From an uncultured Sulfolobales archaeon (GTDB lineage Archaea > Thermoproteota > Thermoprotei_A > Sulfolobales > NBVN01), in NCBI GenBank assembly GCA_938083005.1, contig CALKCU010000002.1, forward strand, positions 1 through 60,364: a stretch of DNA of 60,364 bases. Direction: 5' to 3'. How positions within the stretch are numbered: the first letter of the stretch is position 1; each line of letters begins with the position of its first letter. Positions 18,603 to 28,386 of the stretch are shown here, in pieces. The translations under genes and the position numbers were made by a program. The notes beneath the pieces are model-generated. The model was not told the DNA's origin and did not search any database. It was given only the letters and a program-made list of their open reading frames with translations.

Positions 18603-19763
18603 TTAACTCGGGTGCGAGTAGAGGATCAGCTCGAACGTCATGGGGTCGTCGTCCCTGAACCACCACCGGTACCAGGTGTAGGTCCTCCCACTGACGTCGC
18701 GGATCCTGACGTACGGCGGCACGCAGTTACCGTCGCACCTACCGGCCCTGTAGAAGTCGACCGAGAGGGTCCACGAAACCGCTGTAGGTACTCCGGGGAG
18801 GGTTATCGCGAACGTTACCGGGGTGCTCGCGATGACATAATCAGACTGGTAGACGCCCCCGCACCTGCCCCTCACGAAGTACACGACTCTATCCCCTCGC
18901 GTTGGTCCGGCAGCGTAGGCTGGCACACCGCTGGCCCTGTACTCCTCCGGGAGGAGGACCCCCCTGACATCGAGTACCTCCACAGGGTAGAGGAGCCAGA
19001 CGCACCTGCCCCCGACGTTAGGACCCACAGCTATATAGTATCTCTCGTACGCGTACCTTACGTTGAACCTCAGCCTATCCCTTCGGTTGCCGCTTAGACT
19101 CTCTGACTCAGTAGTTACGATGCTTACTGCCTCCTTCCTCCCCATGCTCTCCCAGCGTGGAGGGAGCTCGGAGCAGAGACCCCCCGAGGGCTCGCTATAC
19201 CCGTACCCTTCCAGGTACACCGCCGTCTTCGCTAGCCCAGCCTCTATACCGAAGGACGTCTCAACGCCATTTATGGAGTACAGGTATGGGCCCTCGACCC
19301 AGGTCACGCACTCGCGCATCCAGCCGCCGGGTATGGATCTCCTCTCCCCGAAGACGCAGGAGTACCCGCCCTCCCGCACCGCGTCAGAGCCCGTAGCCGC
19401 CGCCGCGGACTCTTCCTCGGAGAACGAGACCTCTATCCTGTGCGTCCACACCAAGCTCCTCGGAAAGACCTGGTGTATCCTTGCGTACACGTAGGGGGTC
19501 CTACCCCGCTCAGAGCAGTCGACTATCACCGCGTACTCCACCGGCTCATAGTACTCGACCCCGTACTCCCCGGTCCTGGGGTCGAAGCTCTTCTTAGCGA
19601 CCACCGCGCTGTGCAGTTCCTTCACCACCACGGTCTGACCCGGCACAGCTTCGCCCGCGTAGGCCACCTCCGAGTGATACGCCCTCGTGGGCTTAAACCT
19701 CACGACTGTGACCGCGCAGCGCTCGGCCCTTACCGGCGGTATCCGTATCTCGAGCCTAACCAT
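18603..19763 (-). CDS. Hypothetical Cys/Tyr/Trp-rich protein, probably extracellular; signal peptide is out of frame upstream (to 19900)
   Basis: 386-aa ORF; the upstream frame from TTG 19900 encodes MPRGLQSTAVAAVLSLLVALASLGAVLY. Confidence 0.65.
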   Translation of the reverse strand: MVRLEIRIPPVRAERCAVTVVRFKPTRAYHSEVAYAGEAVPGQTVVVKELHSAVVAKKSFDPRTGEYGVEYYEPVEYAVIVDCSERGRTPYVYARIHQVFPRSLVWTHRIEVSFSEEESAAAATGSDAVREGGYSCVFGERRSIPGGWMRECVTWVEGPYLYSINGVETSFGIEAGLAKTAVYLEGYGYSEPSGGLCSELPPRWESMGRKEAVSIVTTESESLSGNRRDRLRFNVRYAYERYYIAVGPNVGGRCVWLLYPVEVLDVRGVLLPEEYRASGVPAYAAGPTRGDRVVYFVRGRCGGVYQSDYVIASTPVTFAITLPGVPTAVSWTLSVDFYRAGRCDGNCVPPYVRIRDVSGRTYTWYRWWFRDDDPMTFELILYSHPS

Positions 19764-20098
19764 AATCTTGGGCTTCCCCCGGCCCAGCTCGCGAAGACCA
19801 CGGTCAGGTCGTCCTGATAGAGGACCGCGCCCAGGCTCGCGAGAGCGACCAGCAGGGATAGGACGGCGGCAACCGCAGTACTCTGGAGACCCCTAGGCAA
19901 AGGGGGACGCCCCGTTTGGTGTTGTTGAAGGGGAGTTTAAGTTTGCTCTACAGAGAGGCCCCGACGCGAGTGTTGCCCACACGGCGTCGCGCGGGGACCG
20001 GGTTCGCTGCTCGAGGTTCCCGGCTAGCATAGGCCCGCTCAAGCCTTCGGACCGCGTCACGTTTATTACCTCGGGCTCCATCCTCGGGGGGATCGGGC

Positions 20099-21193
20099 AT
20101 GATCAGGGTGAGCTCTCCCCACATCACCGACGAGGATGTGGAGGCCGTGGTTAGGGTCCTGCGCTCGGGCATGCTGGCCTTCGGTCCGGTCGGCGAGGAG
20201 TTCGAGAGGGAGCTTGCGAGGTACCTGGAAGTGAAGCACGCGGTCGCCGTGAGCAGCGGCACGGCGGCCCTCTACCTCTCCCTCAGGGCCCTCGGCGTGG
20301 GACCGGGGGACGAGGTCGTGGTCCCGGACTTCACGTTCTTCGCGACGGCCTCCACGGTTCTGCTAGCCGGTGCTAAGCCCGTACTGGTCGACGTGGAGCT
20401 GGAGACCTACACGGTCGACCCCTCTCAGCTAGAGGGAGCGGCTACCGACAGGGTCAGGGCCGTAGTCCCGGTCCACCTCTACGGGCATCCAGCCGACATG
20501 GACCAGGTACTCAGGGTAGCCAGCGAGAGGGGCGCCCACGTCGTCGAGGACTGCGCGCAGGCTCTGGGGGCCGAGTTCAGGGGGAGGAGGGTCGGGGGGC
20601 TCGGCCACGCGGCCGCCCTCAGCTTCTACCCGACCAAGACCATCACGACCGGTGAGGGGGGAGCCGTGGCGACGAACGAGGACCAGATCGCGGATGCCGT
20701 TAGGTTCCTGAGGAGCCACGGCCAGAGGCAGAAGTACTACCACGTGGAGCTGGGCTGGAACATGAGGATGAGCGACGTCCAAGCAGCCCTCGGGCTCTCG
20801 CAGCTGAGGAGGGTCGACCGGATGATCGAGAAGAGGAGGGCGCTGGCTAGGATATACGTGGAGGAGCTCTCGCCGGTCCCGGGCCTGAGGCTACCGGTCG
20901 AGAGGCCTTGGGCTAAGCACGCATACAACCTCTTCACCGTGTGGGTCGAGGGCGAGGGGACGAGAGACAGGCTCGCTCGGTTCCTGGGAGAGAGGGGGGT
21001 CGAGACCGCCGTCCACTACCCGGTCCCCCTCCACAGGCAGCCCGCCCTAGCCGGGGTCAGGAAAGCCCGCGGCTGCTGCCCGAACTCTGAGGAGGCCTCG
21101 AAGCACGTGCTATCGCTGCCCCTCCACCCGGGACTGAGCGAGGACGACGTGCTCAGGGTGTCGAGGCTAGTGAAGGAGTTCTTCTGTAGTTAA
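20099..21193 (+). CDS. DegT/DnrJ/EryC1/StrS family sugar aminotransferase
   Basis: SSGTAAL, VHLYG, EDCAQA, SFYPTK.ITTGEGG, G.N.RM. Confidence 0.92.
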   Translation: MIRVSSPHITDEDVEAVVRVLRSGMLAFGPVGEEFERELARYLEVKHAVAVSSGTAALYLSLRALGVGPGDEVVVPDFTFFATASTVLLAGAKPVLVDVELETYTVDPSQLEGAATDRVRAVVPVHLYGHPADMDQVLRVASERGAHVVEDCAQALGAEFRGRRVGGLGHAAALSFYPTKTITTGEGGAVATNEDQIADAVRFLRSHGQRQKYYHVELGWNMRMSDVQAALGLSQLRRVDRMIEKRRALARIYVEELSPVPGLRLPVERPWAKHAYNLFTVWVEGEGTRDRLARFLGERGVETAVHYPVPLHRQPALAGVRKARGCCPNSEEASKHVLSLPLHPGLSEDDVLRVSRLVKEFFCS

Positions 21194-21262
21194 GGGGTCT
21201 GCCTAGAACAATTTGCTAGCTTAAAAGCGATGCAGCTAAAACGAGCTGCGGAGAGTACATAG

Positions 21263-22258
21263 ATACCCGGAGTTGTAATCGTCCTAGGGCCCATAGAGTA
21301 TATCATAGAGTATATAGAGAAGAGCGTGGTCAACGGCATTCCGCAGCAGGTGCTAGACGTTAGAGACCCCTCCTTGAAAGATTTCATCCAGCGCCACTAC
21401 GCCTCGGGCAGAGTCCTACTGTGGGGCTTTAAGGAGGCCGCTAAGGGTTCTTGGAGGAGAGCCGGACCGGGGGACTACATAGTGTTCTACGTCTTAAACA
21501 CGCGCAAGTTTCTATATGCCGCTAAGATCCTCTTCCTTTACCCATTCAACGAGGGGAGGGCTGACCAGGTTAGGGAAGCGGAGAGGATAGCTGAGAGGGT
21601 CTGGGGAAGAGATCCCGTAGATGGTAAAACGTGGCCCTACCTGTTCTTTCTTCACGACGTCAGAGAGATAGACATATCTTTTGAGAAGTTTAAGGAGCTA
21701 ACAGGATACAGGCTCAGAGCAGGACCTAGGAAATCCGTTAAGGTAGACGACATCAAGGCGCGAGGGCTCCTCGAGCTCTTGAATAGGGTATACACCCCAT
21801 CGCCAGCCCGGCCGCCCCGGGGGTTACGCGAGCGGGAGTTATCCGAACACGAGCGAGCGATAAAGATGATACGCGAGCTTGGCGAACTTCTTGGCTACAG
21901 GCCGGAGGAGCGATGGCGGGGAGACGGGTACGAGTACGACGTGGTTTGGTTCGTCTCGCGGAGCAGAGGCCCCGAAGTACCGAGGTACGTTTTCGAGGTC
22001 CACATAGGCGGAGACCTTGAGAAGGCGCTGGTAAGGCTGAAGCACGCTCACGAGATATGGGGATCTCGCATGTTCTTAGTGTCAACCGAGGACCAGCTGC
22101 GCAGAGCGCGGGAGAGGTTGGAAGGAGCCTTACCCGAGCTAGTCAGGCTCGAGGAGAGAGGAGAGCTGACGCTACTGAGCATAAGCGAACTGGAAGAGTA
22201 CCTCGAGTTCAAGCGCCGCTACAAGCGGCTTGATGAGAGGCTGAGGCCTCGCTACTGA
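21263..22258 (+). CDS. Putative modification-dependent restriction endonuclease (EVE/PUA-like N-domain + PD-(D/E)XK nuclease)
   Basis: WG......W....PGDY.VFY N-domain; C-terminal H...G...G, DVVW...VFEVH..G....AL.RLKHA; AT-richer DNA; frame open from ATA 21263, first canonical start GTG 21326. Confidence 0.6.
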   Translation: MPGVVIVLGPIEYIIEYIEKSVVNGIPQQVLDVRDPSLKDFIQRHYASGRVLLWGFKEAAKGSWRRAGPGDYIVFYVLNTRKFLYAAKILFLYPFNEGRADQVREAERIAERVWGRDPVDGKTWPYLFFLHDVREIDISFEKFKELTGYRLRAGPRKSVKVDDIKARGLLELLNRVYTPSPARPPRGLRERELSEHERAIKMIRELGELLGYRPEERWRGDGYEYDVVWFVSRSRGPEVPRYVFEVHIGGDLEKALVRLKHAHEIWGSRMFLVSTEDQLRRARERLEGALPELVRLEERGELTLLSISELEEYLEFKRRYKRLDERLRPRY

Positions 22259-22339
22259 AGGACCGGCCTCGGAACGTCCTCCTCGGGAAAGTTCATAAAG
22301 TATTTAAGTTGGTCTCCCCGGGTGTGGTGGTCGTTGGAG

Positions 22340-22663
22340 GTGAGCGGGATCGCTGAGAAGATGATCAAGGTGGACGGCTGCGAGCTGAGGGTGGTGTCGG
22401 AGAGGTACAACAGCCTGGTTCGCAGGCTAGAGGTGGAGGCCGTGGTCGTCCACCAGGGAGCTTCGACCCCGAGCAGGAGGTTTATAGCCGAGGCTCTGGC
22501 CCGCCTCTACTCCAGGAGCCCGGACCTCATCGTAGTGAGGAAGATCGAGAGCGAGTATGGGATAGGGCTCTCGAGGGTCTACGCCCACGTCTACGAGGAC
22601 CCGGAGAGGCTGAGGAGCTTCGAGCCCAAGCACATACTCGAGAGGCATGGCGTAGAGGTGTAG
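22340..22663 (+). CDS. rps24e: 30S ribosomal protein S24e
   Basis: N.L..R.E, TPSR, YG.G.S..YAHVY. Confidence 0.92.
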   Translation: MSGIAEKMIKVDGCELRVVSERYNSLVRRLEVEAVVVHQGASTPSRRFIAEALARLYSRSPDLIVVRKIESEYGIGLSRVYAHVYEDPERLRSFEPKHILERHGVEV

Positions 22664-22667
22664 CCGA

Positions 22668-22847
22668 GTGGGCGGGGGAGGGAAGGTCTTCAGGAGCAGA
22701 CTCTACGAGATCGACCCCAGGACCGGTAGGATAAGGCTGAAGAACAGGGTGTGCCCCAAGTGCGGTAGAGTGATGGCCTCCCACCGAGAGCCCGTCCCGA
22801 GGTGGCACTGCGGTTACTGCGGTTACGTTGAGATTGTGAGGTCCTAG
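22668..22847 (+). CDS. rps27ae: 30S ribosomal protein S27ae (59 aa; below the ORF-track cut-off)
   Basis: Manual translation: ...LYEIDPRTGRIRLKNRVCPKCGRVMASHREPVPRWHCGYCGYVE; lies between rps24e and kae1. Confidence 0.93.
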   Translation: MGGGGKVFRSRLYEIDPRTGRIRLKNRVCPKCGRVMASHREPVPRWHCGYCGYVEIVRS

Positions 22848-22855
22848 GTGATCGA

Positions 22856-23845
22856 GTGGCCCTAGTCTTAGGGATAGAGTCCACCGCGCACACTTTCGGC
22901 GTCGGGATAGTTTCTGACGAGCCGAGGATCCTGGCTGATGCTAGGTTCAGCTACGTCCCCGAGAAGGGGGGGATCCACCCCAGGGAGGCTGCCGACAGCT
23001 TCGTTAAGAACGCACCGAGGGTCCTCCGGGAGGCTTTCGACCAGGCGGGAGTCTCCATAGACTCGGTCGACGCTATCGCTGTTGCCCTCGGCCCCGGCAT
23101 GGGGCCCTGCCTCAGGGTCGGAGCGACTATCGCCAGGGCTCTCGCAGCTTATTACGGGAAGCCCCTAATTCCCGTGAACCACGCCGTTGCCCACATAGAG
23201 ATAGGGAGGATGCTGACCGGGGCCGCCGACCCCCTCGCAGTCTACATATCCGGGGGGAACACGGCCATAGTAGCCAAGCACGGAAGCAGGTACAGGGTCT
23301 TCGGCGAGACCCTCGATGTAGCCCTCGGGAACTTCATGGATACCCTGGTTAGGGAGCTCGGTCTGGCTCCTCCGTACGTGGTTGGAGGGGTCCATGCTCT
23401 CGACAGGTGCGCTGAGGGAGGCAAGTACGTAGAGCTGCCGTACGTAGTGAAGGGTCAGGACACCTCGTACTCGGGCCTCCTCACGGCAGCGCTAAAGGCC
23501 TTCAAGAACGGGGCCAGGGTCGAGGACGTGTGCTTCAGCGCTAGGGAGGTGGCGTACTCGTCCCTGGTCGAGGTGGCGGAGAGGGGCGTAGCTCAGCTAG
23601 GGAAGTCCGAGATACTCCTGGTCGGCGGAGTGGCTGCGAGCAGGTACCTCGTTGAGAAGTTCAGGGCCCTAGCGGAGTACAGGAACCTCAGGCTCCACGT
23701 GGTCCCCCCGAAGTATGCTGTGGACAACGGGGTCATGATCGCCTGGACGGGCCTCCTCCTCTTTAAGCACGGGGTAACGGTGGAGCCCGAGAGAGCTGTC
23801 GTGAAGCAGAGGTGGAGGCTCGATAGCGTCGACGTCTATTGGTAG
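22856..23845 (+). CDS. kae1: KEOPS N6-threonylcarbamoyladenosine synthase Kae1
   Basis: LGIESTAHT, GGIHP, GPGMGPCL, VNHAVAHIE, SGGNT, DNGVMI. Confidence 0.95.
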   Translation: MALVLGIESTAHTFGVGIVSDEPRILADARFSYVPEKGGIHPREAADSFVKNAPRVLREAFDQAGVSIDSVDAIAVALGPGMGPCLRVGATIARALAAYYGKPLIPVNHAVAHIEIGRMLTGAADPLAVYISGGNTAIVAKHGSRYRVFGETLDVALGNFMDTLVRELGLAPPYVVGGVHALDRCAEGGKYVELPYVVKGQDTSYSGLLTAALKAFKNGARVEDVCFSAREVAYSSLVEVAERGVAQLGKSEILLVGGVAASRYLVEKFRALAEYRNLRLHVVPPKYAVDNGVMIAWTGLLLFKHGVTVEPERAVVKQRWRLDSVDVYW

Positions 23846-24503
23846 GGTTGAGAGAGTAGTATATCTGGGAGCCGAGGCCCTCGTAGCCGAAGGGGAGTTT
23901 CTAGGCCACAGAGCCGTATTCAAGCTGAGGGTCTCGAAGCCCTACAGGGCCCCCGAGCTGGACCGAGAGATAGTTAGGAGGAGGACTGTTCACGAGGCTA
24001 AGATCATGCTCTCTCTTCGTGAGAGGGGAGTCAGGGTCCCCAGAGTCCTCTTCGTCGACCCTCTGGCGGGCCTCATAGTCATGGAGAAGGTGGAGGGAGC
24101 GGTACTGAGGGATGTACTCGAGAAACTGGACAGAGAAGAGGCCTGCCGCTCCATGATCTTGCTAGGGGAGGAGGTCGGCAAGATGCACAAGCACGGAGTA
24201 GCCCACGGGGACGTGACGACCTCCAACGCTATCTTGGAGCCTTCCGGCTCCATACGCATTCTGGACCTCGGTCTCTCGAAGCACGTAGAGGATCTCGAGG
24301 ACGCGGCCGTCGACGTACACCTTTTGATCAGAGTCCTCGAGAGCTCTCACTACTCGATCAAGGAGGAGATGCTCGAGTGCTTCATGGAGGGCTACAGGAA
24401 GATACTCGGGGATTACTGGCTCAGGAATGTAATGGAGAAGGTGTCGGAGATCAGGATGCGTGGGAGGTACGTGGAGGAGAGGAAGCTCAGCAGGATAGCG
24501 TGA
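23832..24503 (+). CDS. bud32: KEOPS kinase/ATPase Bud32; start codon non-canonical
   Basis: In-frame region upstream of ATG 24006 encodes GAEA...K.R..K.YR..ELD....R.RT..EA; HGDVTTSN and DLGL downstream. Confidence 0.9.
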   Translation, partial: TSIGRVERVVYLGAEALVAEGEFLGHRAVFKLRVSKPYRAPELDREIVRRRTVHEAKIMLSLRERGVRVPRVLFVDPLAGLIVMEKVEGAVLRDVLEKLDREEACRSMILLGEEVGKMHKHGVAHGDVTTSNAILEPSGSIRILDLGLSKHVEDLEDAAVDVHLLIRVLESSHYSIKEEMLECFMEGYRKILGDYWLRNVMEKVSEIRMRGRYVEERKLSRIA

Positions 24504-25459
24504 ACTCACCTCGATCCTGCGCGGAGGCTTAGGCCTCTTAGTCAAGACAGCGCTCGGTGCGCAGGCTCCCTATCGGTCGCGCTAACCCGGAGTACGTTTT
24601 GAACGCGCGAACCGCGCTCATCAAACCTGGACTATTCGACGCTGACGCGATACTAGCGAGAGACGCGCTCTCAGCGTGATGATCGAGCCCGCCGGTTTCG
24701 TGAGGGGTCTCAACAGCTTGCGGGTTCTCGGAAACGGGGCTCCGAGGAACGTCTTCAAACATGGAGACGGACTGTTCCGACAGAATGGAATCCCCAACGC
24801 TCATCTCGGAGTTGCGGAGCGATGTACTCCCCCTTCAGCCGAACCCGCTCCAGCGAACCGGGGCTAGCCCGGGAGCCTGTAGACTCTCTTCATAAGCCGC
24901 TCGCCGAGCCTTCAGATATCCGCGGCAGGACTGATGGGACCCAGCAGCGGGATAGTCCCTGTACCGATTTTGAGCAGCCCGATGACTCCGTTTACCCCGC
25001 AAGCTCCTGGATCCTCTAGGTAGACGTCCCTCAGCGCTGCCCGCATCATCCCTTCCCGACCTGGCACTGCTCGCGTAACGCAGGGACTCTCCTTTTATCA
25101 CATGAGGGCTCTCAAGCAAGCGGGTGAAGTCTCTGTACCCACCTCCCTTGCTCGCGCTTGTTCGGGCCTCCCACCCAAATACCGAGCGTCTAATCCTCGG
25201 TAGTTGTCCGCGCGCGGGAGGTTACTAAGCTTTGCGCTCGGCGGGAGTCGCTGTTCGTGAGGGGGAAGGGAGTAAAGCGTTGTGGAAGCAGCGCGGGCTA
25301 AAGCGGCAAGGATCCCGAGTGGGACTTTGTCTAGGTACTATCAAAATGCTATCCTGGCTCGTTCCTCCGTCTCAAAGGTTAAGATGCATGGAACTATTCC
25401 GAGCGAGGAGCTTTTTATTGATCGGTTTAACCAACCCTAGGGAACCGAGTGGTTCATCT

Positions 25460-26701
25460 ATGAAAGCTGGCACCGCACTAAGCCGAAGGCCTGGGTGGAT
25501 CTCTCTCTTAGCAGGCACAGTAATTACCTCTATCTTGGGGGCCTCTTACGCTTACAGCGCGTACAAGAGCTCCCTGATGAAGCTGTGGGGCAGCTCGCTT
25601 TGGGCTGCGCTGCCCTTCTCAGTGTTCGTAGCGGTCTTCGCGCTGAGCAGCATACTAGGGGGAGGGCAGTACGTTCGCAGGGGGATAAGGTACACGTCGC
25701 TCCTCAGCGTGGCCCTAGTCTTCGCGGGTTTAGCGCTGTCCTCCCTCGTGGAGCTCATCAGCAATCCTCTCTACCTAGTCTTCACCTACGGAGTGCTGAC
25801 GGGGATGGGCAACGGGTTCGGGTACATCCCCGTCGTAACGATGGCGAGGAGGTGGTTCCCCGACAGGGCCGGGTTCGCCACGGGCGTGGTCATATTCGGG
25901 TACGGTGGGAGCGCGGCCGCCTTCGCGCCGCTGAAGACGATGCTGGTGAGCGCCCACGGACTGGCCACGACGTTCCTGGTCATCGGTGCCGTGTCGCTCG
26001 CGCTCGGTCTACCGGCCGCGCTGCTAACGCGCGATCCGTCCCCGGAGGTCACTGACTTCTTCTCTAAGCGATCCAAGGGGAGAGCAGTGGTCCCCAAGGA
26101 GGACATCCCCCCCTCGAGGGTGCTCAGGCTGCTCGACTTCTGGCTCCTGTGGGTGAGCTTCGTCCTCGTCAGCGGGGCCGGCCTCATGCTCATAGGTCAC
26201 CTAGCCCCCTTCGCCATGCTGAGGGGGCTCGGAGCGTTGGAAGCGGCGGCCGCGGTGAGCATCTTCTCGGTCATGAACGCGCTGGGCAGACCTCCTGCCG
26301 GGTGGATCTCCGATAGACTGGGCAGGTTCGGGAGACCGATCACCATGACCGCGCTCTTCGCGGTCCAGAGCGCCCTCTTCGCATCGATGGCCTTCGCGGG
26401 CTACAGCGCGTGGGAGCTCTACATGCTCGTAGCGCTAGCGGGCTTCGTCTACGGGTCGGCCCTCGCGCTGTACCCGGCCGCGGTGGGCGACTTCTTCGGC
26501 CTGAAGTACCTCTCGACCAACTACTCGCTGGTGTTCACGGGGTGGGGACTGGCCGGCCTGGTCTTCCCCTCTTTGGGCGGGTACATAAGGGACCTCACCG
26601 GAGGCTACGAGCAGGCTCTCCTCGTTTTCGGAGGAGCGAGCTTCGTCGGCTCGCTGATGTGCCTCTACCTAAAGACCAGGCTGAAGAGGTACCTCCCCTA
26701 A
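25460..26701 (+). CDS. MFS transporter, oxalate:formate antiporter (OFA) family
   Basis: About 12 TM helices, WFPDR.G.A.G....GYG, GWISDRLGR, FG.KY...NY; start set to ATG 25460. Confidence 0.88.
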   Translation: MKAGTALSRRPGWISLLAGTVITSILGASYAYSAYKSSLMKLWGSSLWAALPFSVFVAVFALSSILGGGQYVRRGIRYTSLLSVALVFAGLALSSLVELISNPLYLVFTYGVLTGMGNGFGYIPVVTMARRWFPDRAGFATGVVIFGYGGSAAAFAPLKTMLVSAHGLATTFLVIGAVSLALGLPAALLTRDPSPEVTDFFSKRSKGRAVVPKEDIPPSRVLRLLDFWLLWVSFVLVSGAGLMLIGHLAPFAMLRGLGALEAAAAVSIFSVMNALGRPPAGWISDRLGRFGRPITMTALFAVQSALFASMAFAGYSAWELYMLVALAGFVYGSALALYPAAVGDFFGLKYLSTNYSLVFTGWGLAGLVFPSLGGYIRDLTGGYEQALLVFGGASFVGSLMCLYLKTRLKRYLP

Positions 26702-26859
26702 GGCCTCGCACGTCCCAAGCGCAAACGGTGCGGTCGGCGCCGCGCGATCTCCACGCAGCATCTACCGAGCCCGAGCACCGACGTAGGGAGGACGCGCCAG
26801 CGGAGGCTGCCGACTCGAGCTCTAGACGGAGGGAAGGCCGGCCACTCTCTGGAGACGAG

Positions 26860-27923
26860 CTATCGCTGCGCTTCCGACCTCTTCTTCCAGCCCTTCGGGT
26901 AGACTCCCCTCTCCATTATCACCCGAACGGTCTTGAACGCTACCCCCCTGTCGCTCGACAGCACTTCCTCGGTAGACATCAGGGCCTTACCGAGGGCCAC
27001 CAGCTCCCCCTTAAGCGTCATTATCGCAGCTAGGTCCCCCCTCCTTATTCCCTCGGATATCACCGAGATCCCGGGGACCGCCAGGTCCGCTCCGTAAGCT
27101 ATGGCGGATGCCGCACCGTCAAGCACTAAGACCTTCGGCAGGTGGGAGACTATGTACTCGTGGGGGAGTATCATTGACCTCAGCTTGTCCCCTCTTCCGT
27201 GCTCCTCGTACAGGTAGACCGCCTCAGAGAGCTCGTGCATCCTCACGGAGCTCTCCTCTCTGAAGGGGCCAGTCCTCGTCCTCCTGAGTTCCCTCATGTG
27301 GGCCCCGACTCCCAGGATCTCGCCTATGTCGTGTACGAGCTTCCTTATGTAGGTCCCGTGCTGACACGATACCCTCATCAGAGCGAACACGCCCTCGTAC
27401 TCGAGTACCTCTATCCCGTAGATTTCCTTAACCCTGAGGGTCCTCTTGACCGAGGACCTTACTGGGGGCCTCTGGTATATCCTGCCGACGAACTCCCTGA
27501 TCACCTCCTCGAGCTTCTCCCTGGGCACTCGCGCGTGGAGCTGGGCCAGGGCTATATACTCTTTGTCCGAGTGAGCTATCACGCCTATCAGCTTGGTCGC
27601 TCTGCCCAGCGCTACGGGCAGGACCCCGGATACTCTGGGGTATCCCCGCCCTAGTCGGGCTCTAGGGTACCCCCGTGCCCAGCCTTGGGCACGCCCAGTA
27701 AGCTCTTCGCCCAGGCGACTACCTCGTGGCTCGTGGGGCCGGGCGGCTTGTCGAGGTTTACGACCCCGCACTCGACGAGCTCCTCCAGGGTCCTGGCCCA
27801 GGGGGGCTTCCCGTAGCTGGGATCCGTATGTCCCTCCCTCTTCACGAGGTACCTCCTCTCGATACCCGCGAACCTGTCCAGCTCCACCGCAAACCTGGTT
27901 GCCTCCTCCACTCTCGGTACCAA
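26860..27923 (-). CDS. cbf5: RNA-guided pseudouridine synthase Cbf5, two exons (27923..27662 and 27641..26860)
   Basis: LDKPPGPTSHEV and GHGGTL in exon 1; PRVSGVLP, YQRPP, GTYIR and PUA domain in exon 2; removing 20 nt restores GTLDPRVSG. Confidence 0.95.
27642..27661 (-). other. 20-nt archaeal mRNA intron (bulge-helix-bulge type) in the cbf5 catalytic Asp codon
   Basis: CCCU-AG^A-GCCC-gacua-GGGC-GGGG-AU^A: 4-bp central helix with two 3-nt bulges; the intron contains a stop and shifts the frame; junction ambiguous by 1 nt. Confidence 0.92.
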
Positions 27924-27984
27924 GGACGACTACTGAGAGAGCTATTTAGCCAGCGGAAGGCCCCGCGCGAGAAAGACTCCCCTG

Positions 27985-28305
27985 CTACCTCTTGGCCACG
28001 AGGGCAGTCGCGGCCAGCAGCTCCCTCCTCCCTATCTTGACCCTCTCCTTCATGAACTCAGCTAGTCCGGCGGCCTCGATAGCCCTCAGCAGCTCCTCAT
28101 CGGACGCTCCCCGGGGTATCTCCACCTTCTTGTCCAGGACCTCGATGTGTTTGACGTTGACCTTCCTCCTCTTGACCCCCGTGAGGTCCTTAGGGCCCGA
28201 GATAACAATGAAGTTGTCGTCCACTAAGTCGACTATCACCGCCTTCCTTCCAGCCTCCCTGCCGGCTATCTTGACGCAGACTCTGCCGACCTCTATTATC
28301 GGCAT
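27985..28305 (-). CDS. rpl14e: 50S ribosomal protein L14e
   Basis: IEVGRVCVKIAGREAGRK, TGVKRRKVN..H; conserved position upstream of cbf5. Confidence 0.95.
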   Translation of the reverse strand: MPIIEVGRVCVKIAGREAGRKAVIVDLVDDNFIVISGPKDLTGVKRRKVNVKHIEVLDKKVEIPRGASDEELLRAIEAAGLAEFMKERVKIGRRELLAATALVAKR

Positions 28306-28386
28306 AGGCTCTCACTTGTAGAGGTTCGGGGGAAGGCTTAAAAGCTGTTGAAGTCCCGAGCGGAAAGGTATGACCTTGGACCCCGC

